Shown piece by piece: positions 54,401 through 64,000 of a DNA stretch of 64,000 nt. This DNA comes from Paragordius varius. Its lineage: Eukaryota > Animalia > Nematomorpha. Made by a program: the position numbers and the translations under genes. Numbering within the stretch: position 1 is the stretch's first letter; every line of letters begins with the position of its first letter. Where the stretch lies: contig OZ176055.1 of the NCBI GenBank assembly GCA_964247055.1, forward strand, positions 3,596,001 through 3,660,000, in the 5' to 3' direction. The notes under the pieces were generated by a model, which ran no database searches, was not told where the DNA came from, and worked only from the letters and a program-made list of their open reading frames with translations.

Positions 54401-57400
54401 GAAAGAGAAGAAATCAAATTAAAAACCAATATGGTGGTTGAGTGAAACAGTTTCACCCGAACGTCGTTTGTTTAATTGAGCGGACCTTTTTGTAGCGCTA
54501 ATGACATCCATATCGCTATGAACTGAGCCCGCTATACAAGTGGAATGTTTGGCAGTAATATTATTACTGTTGTTTTCAACATAAGCATGGTTATGACTGA
54601 AAGCGCCTTCACTCACATTAGAGAGTCCACTCAAACTTCGACTGTTAAAAATATGATCATTGATAAAATTAGTAAAAAAAACAGCCCAAAATTTAAATCT
54701 TTATATAATACTAGACATTAAAAGTCAAAACTCTTCCAATAAAATCAAGACTTTTGCAATCAAATCAAAAAATTTAAATTTCAATTAAAAAAGGTAACAG
54801 ATATATTTGTTATGCAATGCAATAAATGCTATTATATGAAAATATTTTATATTTTGTACTAAGGGGATACCTCATAAAATATAATAAATCGCATTGTTTG
54901 CATATTAGTTATACAATATGGAATTAACTAAGTAAAAATCATAACTCCATATCCGGTAAAAATATATTTTAAAAGCTAATATTAACATACCTTTTATGTT
55001 ACACCAAAAAAATCAAATATGTTTGGGCAAATAAATAACAAATGTATAGGATGTGTAACAGAAATTAAACTTTGCGATTTAAAACAAAATACATTCCTTA
55101 TAAATAAAAATATCCCGGCAATTACGTTTACTAATTTTTGAAAAATTTTACATACATAACACAAGATATACTTATGTATATGGGGAGTTTTGGGTTTTCT
55201 CGATGGTAGACTAACAACAAAACTATCCTCTTTGAGCAAATTCGTTGCCGTGGCAACGTCATTGGCATCAAAAAATTCATCTTCATCGCTTAATACGCTG
55301 GCTACTAAATTAAAATATCAAAAAATATTATTTTGGAAGAAATATAACTTTAATTATAATTTCCAATATTTAATTTGGAACTATATTAATATCCATAACC
55401 CTTAAATATTATTAACAATTCGATATATTTCACATGAATGATTAAAATCTGCATTTTCAAAATTTATGATTTATCATAAAATATGGGTTAATATAAATAG
55501 CAAATCGTTTCTTAATTTGTTTACATTATTATTAACACAATTACTTTATTTTAGTGCTAAGCAAATTTATTTATAATTATACGAATTATAATTCCAAAAT
55601 TTGAACATCATCATATTTTTATATAGTGCACAAAAAGAATGTTTTATAATTTTTAATACACTTAGTAATTTAATTAACTTAAATGTGAAAAAATTTAAAA
55701 CCAAATTTAATGTAATAGAAAGAGAATAAAAAGACAAATTCTAATTCTAATTATATTAAAATTTGGTTTTCGTTTAAAAATCATAGATTTTTAAATACAA
55801 AAGATATTGCACGTCCTGTAGATCACTGGACTATAAATGCCACATAGTTACTTCTTAATTACAAATTTAAGTTAAACAATGATAATATTTATTTTAATAT
55901 TGATTAAATTAGACGTATTTATAAAAAAAATTACCCTTGAAACTTCTAGAAATAAATTTCATTAAAATCTTTTGCCATTGCTAATAATTAATATCAAAGT
56001 TTAAAATGAACACGCTTTTTAAACAAATGTTTTTATAACATACAGTATGATGTAGGTGAAAATTGTAATTGCACTTGGGCACGTTGGTTTAAAGCATTCT
56101 CAGCATTATTTCTTGATTTATCTAAATCATTATCCTTATTGATTGGAGTATCTTTCGTTTTATTGTCAAAGGGTGTTGAAAATTTTTCATTGGGATTTCT
56201 GTTGCACATAAAAATAATTAAAAATATTTGGTGAAAAGTGAAGTGAATCTTATTTATAATATTATCAAAAAAAATTTACTATTAATATCCTACTTTAAAA
56301 ATTGGTAAATTTTTCAAAATGCAAAATTTAAATACAATTTAATATTACTCAAAATATCTTTTTTATGACCTCCATGCGAAAAATGAAATGTACAAATCTA
56401 TCAAAATAAATTGATTTTTTTGCATGTTTTCACTATCAACTTATAGCTATTATACCCGGACCAAAAAAATTATATAAAGTCCTCAGATATACGTAGCCAT
56501 TAGATAAAGTTTTCAATACATGATAATTTTATATTACAAACCACCCTACAAGTTTAATTTATAAGCATTTAACCATATTCCATTTTGTTCCTTCCTTTTA
56601 CAAAAAAAACGCTTTTTACGTCAATGTATGTAATGGTGAAAAACAAAATCGGTCTTACACAGCATTATTCCTAGGGTTGTTAGGGTTAGGGATGATTGAT
56701 GATGTGGATGAAGTTGAATCTTTTTGTCGTTTCTCCTGATTTATCAGGTAAATGAGATTGCGGGCCGCAACTTTTTCCAAATGATTGTGTTGCTTAGCCA
56801 ACTGTTCAACCATTTGTTCCAAACTGGCTTTCTGATCTCGTTCATGTTGAAGCGTTCGGATCCAACGCTTATTTTGGTTTTGAGCTAAGGCTAAAAATTC
56901 GCCACAAGCCTAATATTAACATAGGAAATTTGGGAGATGTCATTTTTATGCGTTAATAAATTTATTAGGGAATAATTTATACTTTAATTAATTAAAATAA
57001 ATAATCTCAATAATGGATTCACATATTAATTAGGGACAATAAATCTTTTATATATTGAATCATCAAACCTGTATTTGCTCTAGACTAGCCCATTCTTTAA
57101 TTGTATGTTATATTTTTTTATTTTTAAAATAGGCATAATATAATAATGACCTTTATTATATAATAATTAAAAAGACTGACCGGTTATGAATGCATTCATT
57201 GATTGTTGTTAAAATCATTAATTTAAACATATAAACATATTTTTAACATGTGCCATAAATATATATTATAAAATTATAGAAAATCAAATGTAAAAAAATA
57301 CTTAACATTAAAAAATACAGTTCATTGGTTGTATTTACAATATATTGCAATTGTCGTTATCGTCTGACCATGAATAACTGTATTTAATGGTCAAATTATT

Positions 57401-59501
57401 TTTAACGGTCAAACGCCATTTCAATTTAAATGAATCTTTAAAAATGGGCCACGATGATGCGAATAATGAGCCATTTTCACCACAATCAAGATCATCTAGA
57501 AGGGATTCACTGTCCATTATCATTTAGCTTAAATTTAACAATAAACCAATACTTTGGCGGTTTTTATCGACTAATTTTAATTTTATTGTATATTTTGACA
57601 ACAATCAACAAGTTATTTTACTAATATGTCCACTTTATATTAATATTTTAACAAGACCGAAATTTCTATTAAGATTAACAGTCCGAAAATATATAAATTT
57701 GCAGTGATTGTGCCAAAATAAACCAATTTTTTATTGATATTATTATTATTATTAAGGTTTGATTAATCAATATATCTTTATCATAAACAAATTTTAGCAT
57801 CAATAAATCAATATAATAGTTGGATGTGATGTACAATGTCCACACACCACTCTTTTATTAATATTTATCCTTAACAAAAGTTATATTTTTTTCAAATAGA
57901 TATTAATCATCCGTAAAAGAGTAATATATGAAAAAATTTGTGCAAAAAAATTGGATATAAACCAAATGTCATATGATTAGATGTCACTATATCTATTCTA
58001 CAAATCTATCACTGTAAAACTCAATATGTTAAAAAAATATCAGGTAAAAAAAGTTAATTAATTTAAATTTTAACATAAAACCCATAAAATTTAACTATAT
58101 ACCTTATTTTTTATAAGTAAAGAGAAAAATTTTATCAAGACTTGTGAAGGTTCTAACATTCGCTTGTCCAAGGCTGATAAGGATAATAGAAAATAGCGTT
58201 GTTTTAGAGTACCAACTCTATAATATAATTTGGGGTAAAAAAAGTACACGATTCCAAGAAAACAAACTTACACTAACAACGGCTTGAGTAGTTATTTGAA
58301 ACAAGGTTCCACGTTCATTCACAATCTTGGCTTTAGCTTTAATCAAAGCGATCTTTTGAGCCAATGTAGCATTATTAGGTGGCGAAACGTTATTGGTTGT
58401 CGTTACTGTCGTGATGGGCGTATTTGATGATTTTGCAACTAAATTATCGGAAGAATTTTTTTCACTAGAAGCAGATCCAGAATTATTCAGAGTATGTGGT
58501 GTTGAATTATTAAGATTTACCGAACTGTCGCAAACACCACGATTTGGCTCCCCTAGAGCGGCGGCCGTAAGTGATTCATCAAACTCAGTTAAAGCTTTAT
58601 GGAATGCTTTACTGTGTTTATTTATTAACGTTTCACAAGTGATTAAATCATCGAGTTTGTGGGATAGATCAAGCGTTAATTGATCTACCACAACGGAAGT
58701 TAAACCGGTTGACTGGGGAGTTTTTTGCGTTGTGTTTGATGGTTTTGTATTAGAGATGGGTGTTATATTCGAACCTGGCGTGTTTTGTTTTATAAGCGAA
58801 TTACTATTATTAGTATTGCCTATCAACTCTGGTGACATATATTGTTGTTCAAATAAAGCTTGTTCTTCTTCATCTAGGTCCATAAAATTATTAAAATGAC
58901 AAAATATGTTGAAAAAATCGAAAGAAAAAATAAGAAAGAGTAATAAAATCGTTGTTAATCGCAATTTGAAACAAAAACATTGTATTATCAAAATAAAATC
59001 AATTGTTTATGTCAACAGAGCCGCTATTTAAAAATTTAAATACCGGATTCAAGTTCGCGTATTGCACGTGATTTAGCCAGTTCTAAAGCGGTTACCCATT
59101 TCTGTCTGTCTACCTCAGATGTAGCTTTCAAGTGAAATGTATGTGAGCCACCGTTTGTAACCACAAAACTGGTTGAATCAATGGTATCTATAAATGCACC
59201 TTGCAAATTAATGGATCCACGACATGTGTAAGGTATATCATTCTGGGATCTAAAATATAACGTGACATTATACCTGTAGTATGACAAAATACCTTGGGAT
59301 AACACAAAATAACGTTTCTGATAACCTTTAATATAATTTGTCCATTTATATAACCATCCTTTGAAGGATGCTGCGTTATTATTGGCTGTCAGTTTTGTGT
59401 CCCCACCAACTAACATAAATTATTTAGCTTCATATGGTGAGTTTATCAGGTGGGATATTTGCTTGTGCAATACCGTCGGTATAACATTTGATATCTTTCA
59501 T
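48436..59501 (-). CDS. OSBP: Oxysterol-binding protein (PH - coiled coil - FFAT - ORD)
   Basis: Exons 59501-59474 (tentative), 59409-59274, 59249-59044, 58873-58272, 56909-56659, 56198-56044, 55304-55172, 54641-54427, 53299-52926, 51983-51690, 51069-50824, 50504-50362, 50033-49859, 49582-49416, 49115-48968, 48763-48691, 48587-48436, all phase-consistent. Motifs KGWLYKWTNYIKGYQKR, EQLAKQHNHLE, EFFDAND (FFAT), KDLSKIPMPVNFSEPLSMLQR, EQVSHHPP, PTDSRKRPDQR, KQDWSPCP. Confidence 0.95.
51255..51330 (-). mobile_element. Possible degenerate tRNA-derived SINE head
   Basis: Minus strand CTAAAGCTTGTGGATCGGACTCTC..GAGAGTTCGAACCCC followed by a T-run: B-box-like and weak A-box-like motifs; no foldable cloverleaf. 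Confidence 0.35.
52071..52091 (+). repeat. G21 homopolymer in OSBP intron
   Basis: 21 consecutive G, directly visible. Confidence 0.9.
52438..52893. mobile_element. Foldback-type element with inverted arrays of about 21-bp repeats
   Basis: Left arm about 52438-52555 (units like TTGGTCCTTGAACACTTCAAG); right arm about 52790-52893 is its reverse complement; termini TGCACT / AGTGCA; AT-rich spacer. Confidence 0.75.
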
Positions 59502-59706
59502 ATTATTATATTTTTATTTTAACATTGAATCAATTTGCGGTATCTAAATACCCCGGACAATAATTAAGTGTTTATTTTTAAAAAACTATTGTAAGAAACG
59601 GATCCAATTTAAATTAATGCTTCTATACTAATATAAATCATAATAAGCCAAAATATGTAAATAAAGTTTAGTTTTGGAAAAAAAGTTCCGTATAGAACTA
59701 CCGAGA

Positions 59707-59715
59707 CGCCATTTT
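59707..59715 (-). promoter_or_regulatory. YY1-like motif in probable OSBP promoter / 5' UTR
   Basis: AAAATGGCG on the minus strand, about 200 bp upstream of the tentative OSBP start codon; motif match only. Confidence 0.35.
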
Positions 59716-60498
59716 TAATTTGCAGCATTTTCGCAAAATATATCGTTGATTTGATTTTAAGGAAATTAAGTTTACTTTTTTAAACCACATGTAACATTGA
59801 TATAAACATAAAAAGGGAAATATTTTGCATTTTTATATTTAGCTTTAGCACACTTGTCACAATGGCTAGATTCTTAGCTTTAGGTTCCTCTGAATAAGTT
59901 ATATCAAGTATTTTAATTGTTTTTATTATATCTCGGTTGATTAAGGTTATTAAGTGCAAACCTTTGCCATAGTTTCAATATAACAAAAGAGTTTAACATA
60001 CATATTTATAAAAAAAACACAACAAAGGCCCGCTGACTATAAGTCCTCGCACAGAAAAATCACAATAAAGGGTTCAGATTCTTTATTTTTTTGTTACGAT
60101 GGACTGTGTTTTGTGTAAACTGTAATTTTTTCCCTACGGACAAAAAAGCGAAAAAGATTTATTTTTAAAAGTGTGTTAGTGTTATTGTTGAATTTCGGAT
60201 TTGAATGTTTTTGTAATTGAATAATTATATTTTATCAATTTTTAGCATAATGGATAATTATTTAAAAAACGGAACTCCATCGCCCTATCCGCTTTTCATA
60301 ATAAAAAAAGCTGATATCAATAATTTACAAAGAGTTAATTTATTTTTATTCTTAAAAAACTTTAACAAAATGAAAAAGAATAAATAAGTTCATAAATCTG
60401 TAAATTCAGCAATAAAATGATTATAATCTTTACCTATTCGTTACAATCGTATGTTTTTTTGTCAAAATTTATAAACATCTTTGCATAACACTGGGGAA

Positions 60499-60640
60499 TA
60501 GTTGGTCAATATAAAACACAGTAGTGTATGGAAGAAAACAACAAGTTTAATAAATGTATAAAGTAAAGTAAGAAAAGAAAAAATTGTGTATTCAACATGT
60601 GGTTTTTTCCATACATTACTGTGTGCCAATTGACCAACTA
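60499..60640. mobile_element. Small hairpin MITE, TA-flanked (Tc1/mariner type)
   Basis: About 42-bp imperfect arms TAGTTGGTCAAT..CACAGTAGTGTATGGAA and TTCCATACATTACTGTG..ATTGACCAACTA around an approximately 55-nt loop. Confidence 0.6.
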
Positions 60641-60998
60641 TAGTGTGAATGAGCAAGTAGTAACATGTACATTCTAAGTCTAAACAAAAATCACATTATA
60701 AAAGTATTCTGGTATAGAATTCAGGAACACTACAAGCGATCATTTTAATGCATTTTTTTGGGAATTTTTTTGTAAATTTAAAAATTAACCATTATAAAAA
60801 GTAAATTTTTATATATTGAGGATAACAAGCCAAAAGCTAATAAAAAAAGCTGTTGTCCATACATTATTCATTTTTTGTATATTTTACAGATATCAAAATC
60901 ATAAAGCTAATTAATGCGATCCACCCGTCGAATTTTAATTTATACAAGAAATGATGCATAATTTTAATAAATTTTAGAAGAATATCTTAAATATAAAT

Positions 60999-61001
<3 letters not shown>

Positions 61002-61072
<71 letters not shown>
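61002..61072. repeat. Compound (TA)n(GA)n microsatellite
   Basis: TA run 61002-61050 then GA run 61051-61072. Other (TA)n runs near 1211, 6888, 10247, 11268, 22546, 22768, 23154, 40483 and 42947. Confidence 0.95.
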
Positions 61073-61073
<1 letters not shown>

Positions 61074-61824
61074 AAAGACCAAACACAATATATACCTGAT
61101 TTCTTTTTATGTAGGCGAGTTATGTTTAAAAACGGTAGAAAAACCCTTTGAGATATGCAAATACATTATCAATTTTATATATTTAGTTGGACATTATTGA
61201 GCTGAAACATTCAGTTGAGTTTTATTTCTATATAAAACAATATACTTCACAAAGTGGCAGTTTATGATTTTGGTTATATATGGAAATATGGATATGTCGC
61301 TTGTTTAAATTAATTTTACCTTATGATATACCGCATGCCCTAATTATATCCCCAAGCTTTATAATATATACTGAGATGTAGTATAAACGTTTTCTTTTAA
61401 GTTAATAATTTGAAAACTTGTATAAATAAAATTCGACATCTTTAATATAAGTGTTAAAAAAAGCAAATAATTTTTGACTTAAGGGCTTAAATGGTTTAAT
61501 TAAATGTATTGACTCCAAAGTTGGTAGACAGTTTTGGTTATCATCTTTGTGGCTGATTTGAAAACATTCTAATTCAAAAAAATATGAAGAAAATACGGTA
61601 GGGGGGTCACTTGAGTGGGCCTATTCCCATGGCTTACTTACACAAGCAAATTTAGGTCGAAACGGATATACCTTGATTTATTGATTAATTTAATAATTAA
61701 AAACAAGCTTAAAAATATCATAAACTGAGAATGTGAAGAAAAACATAAATTTATTGTGATATATATGTGATTGATTTTAAACTAAGTCAAAGGATTTGAA
61801 ACACAGCATTAAGGGTGGTTAAAT

Positions 61825-63379
61825 TTAATTAGCAATGGGTAAAGTTTTTGAAGAAGCCATCATCCTCTCATAATTTATCGTTTTTTCCAACTCTGCTCGA
61901 TCTACTATAAAGACCTGTTTATTCGGGGGATCTTTTACTAAACAAGCGTTTAAAGCACTTCGGACTGCACAAAGATTAGATGCTACATACCATTCATTAG
62001 TTACATCATTGTAGCATTCGACATCACTTATGGTTGTTGTACCATTAAAACCGCCCATTACTATAATCATATCATCCACTACCTATCATATAAATAAATG
62101 ATCTATATTTCTCAAATTTTTAGAAATTTATTTCCGCTTATTACAAATATTTTTATTAGTAATCTTTTAAAAATATCATATGTCATGTTGTGAGTATTAT
62201 AATTTAAGAGTTTAATATAAAATGTGTTTCACAAAATTCTATTTAATTTTGAAGAAAATCAAATTATTCAAAAAGCCTGCGGTGATAAAAATGTTTAGCA
62301 ACCTCGAATTATTATAAAAAGTCTTTTAAAAATGTCTCAAAATATACCTCACATGCAAAGTTGCTTCTCGCTTGAACCATCATTTTTGCGTTTTCCCATG
62401 TCTTTGTATCTGGGTCATATTTTTCAACAGATGATAGCCTATTGATGCCATTGAATCCACCCAAAGCATATATTTTTCCATGGAGACAAGCAAGGCTAAG
62501 GCCACTCCGTCTAACGCACATGGTCCGTATATCTATCCATTTTTTCGTGTCAGGATCATAATATTCGGCAGACGATAAACAATCCGTCCCATTAAAACCG
62601 CCTGCAATGTAAATTTTACCATTGCAAACAGCTGCGTTGGCATCACTCCGCTGATGGTTCATGGGTAGGATATGGGTCCATTGATTCGTTTCTGGCGTAT
62701 AACATTCGGCCGTATTTAACCGGGCCCGTCCATCGTATCCTCCCATAGCATAAATTTTATTGTTGAGTGTAACTACACTAACATAACATCTGGGACTATT
62801 CATACACCCAATCTCTACCCATGGATCCTTGGTAGGTGATGTAGATGCAGTCGACCTGGTGGAAACATCATTATTTTGTGAGCTATTATTATACATAGGA
62901 TCATAAGATTTAAAATCTTGATTGATATAGTTCATTTTTGCCCGGCTTGTCGTATTTGTTTGGATCGTAGACAAATCTAACATTTTACACGAACTAAAAT
63001 ATTGGCTCCCATTAAATCCCCCAATCATATATATTTTAGCATCAAAACATACCAACCCATGATAAGCCCTACTTTCAGAACTTTCAATTTCGGGTAAACT
63101 GATCCATTTATCAGCTCGAACATCATAAACTTCGATTTGAGAAACGGGACTCCCTTCACTCCATCCTCCAACAGTTAAAAGAACGCTGGATGAAATGCGA
63201 GGCGTATAAAACTTATGGCATAAATTGGTGGTTATCCCAGTATTTCTGTTATTCAAATACGACAGGGTAGGTTGATCTTTGTCAAATTTCGTATCATCGT
63301 TAGTAAAATCTGGTATTGCCAATTTGTTTGCTTTCATACAATTTGTTGATGTTGAGCTTACCCTTGAATTACTAAACAT
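61825..63379 (-). CDS. KLHL10: Kelch-like protein 10-like, kelch propeller region (5' BTB/BACK exons not resolved)
   Basis: Exons about 63379-62348 and 62082-61825 joined GAG|GT..AG|GTA in phase 0. Six kelch repeats; LLTVGGWSEGSP..YDVRADKW, RAYHG, RCYVSV, HQRSDANA, RSNFACEVVDDMIIVMGGFNGTTT, RSALNAC follow remembered KLHL10 motifs. Confidence 0.85.
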
Positions 63380-63838
63380 ATTGGAAATGGATAGTATACA
63401 TTAAAAAAATCGTAAAGATTATCGATTTATTATATATGAAATGATACCGCTAAACCAATTTTACCAATATATCTTTATGTTTTATAACAAATATATGGGC
63501 CGCCTAAAGACTCTGGAAAAGGAATGTGGAATCTGGTTTTGTAATTATAAAATGAAATAAACACTATTGCAACCGATTCTTTAATATGACACCGTACATC
63601 AAAAAATATTTTGATAAAAAATATAAATATAAATTTTTTTATTAATATGTATAAAAATGGTCGTGATAAATATTATATTTTGTTTTTTTTATTAAACGGT
63701 AAAATTGAAACTAAACTGATTTCCTCCATGTTTTTCTTTTTAAAAATTTTATTTTATCCATTTTTTTGGAGTACTTGATGGATATCATTACAAGATTATT
63801 CAAAAAGCTTATAAGATTAACCTTTTTTTCTTATGTAC

Positions 63839-64000
63839 GGTCGTCCTTTTAGTAATACTATTTACGGCAGCTCTCCATTTCTCTTTGGCGCCACCATGTT
63901 TGGCCTGGTTGTTACCATTATTGTTATTATCAGCGCTTCTTCGGTAAACTAAGCCTTTGTACTTTTTATCGGTTTGCGATTTGGTAGAATCATTACCACA
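63839..64000 (-). CDS. Probable coding exon running off the window edge, possibly an upstream exon of the kelch gene
   Basis: Open frame CGNDSTKSQTDKKYKGLVYRRSADNNNNGNNQAKHGGAKEKWRAAVNSITKRTT with higher GC than surrounding introns; candidate donor ACC|GTACAT. Linkage to the kelch exons not established. Confidence 0.55.

Noticed and set aside
56680-56691. TTAGGGTTAGGG telomere-like motif
   Set aside because: Two units only, inside an OSBP coding exon (antisense of IPNPN).
58393-58683. 96-aa plus-strand ORF, and similar shadows at 1407-1589, 18427-18714 and 55190-55405
   Set aside because: Antisense shadows of real coding exons or of the LINE.
60462-60656. 64-aa hydrophobic minus-strand ORF resembling a membrane protein
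   Set aside because: Coincides with the hairpin MITE and its T-rich loop.
63484-63504. GGPYICYKN frame resembling the DSCC1 tail GGPYYCHKN
   Set aside because: Similarity is limited to about 25 nt with no flanking homology; treated as coincidence.

Overview
AT-rich (roughly one-quarter GC by eye) eukaryotic, most likely invertebrate-animal, genomic DNA with spliced genes and many non-autonomous transposons. I rebuilt six gene models by hand from GT-AG sites and reading-frame continuity: DSCC1/DCC1 (minus, 1235 to at least 7082); a GPI-anchored NCAM/Fasciclin-II-related Ig-superfamily gene with 3 Ig + 1 FN3 (plus, about 20849-29126); PDIA6 (plus, 32666-38434); a DSN1-like kinetochore gene absent from the ORF track (minus, 40746-41623); OSBP (minus, 48436 to about 59501); and the 3' part of a KLHL10-like kelch gene (minus, 61825 to at least 63379). 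Mobile DNA includes TTAA/piggyBac-type, hAT-type and CACTA-type MITEs, non-autonomous Helitrons, a foldback element and a decayed RTE-type LINE. The most striking observation is a set of ultra-short GT-AG introns (24, 24, 24, 26 and 31 nt) in three genes, coexisting with kb-sized TE-filled introns; three of the five cannot be read through because they introduce a stop. Protein identifications rest on remembered family motifs, not database searches, and there is no transcript evidence. The species cannot be determined from this window.
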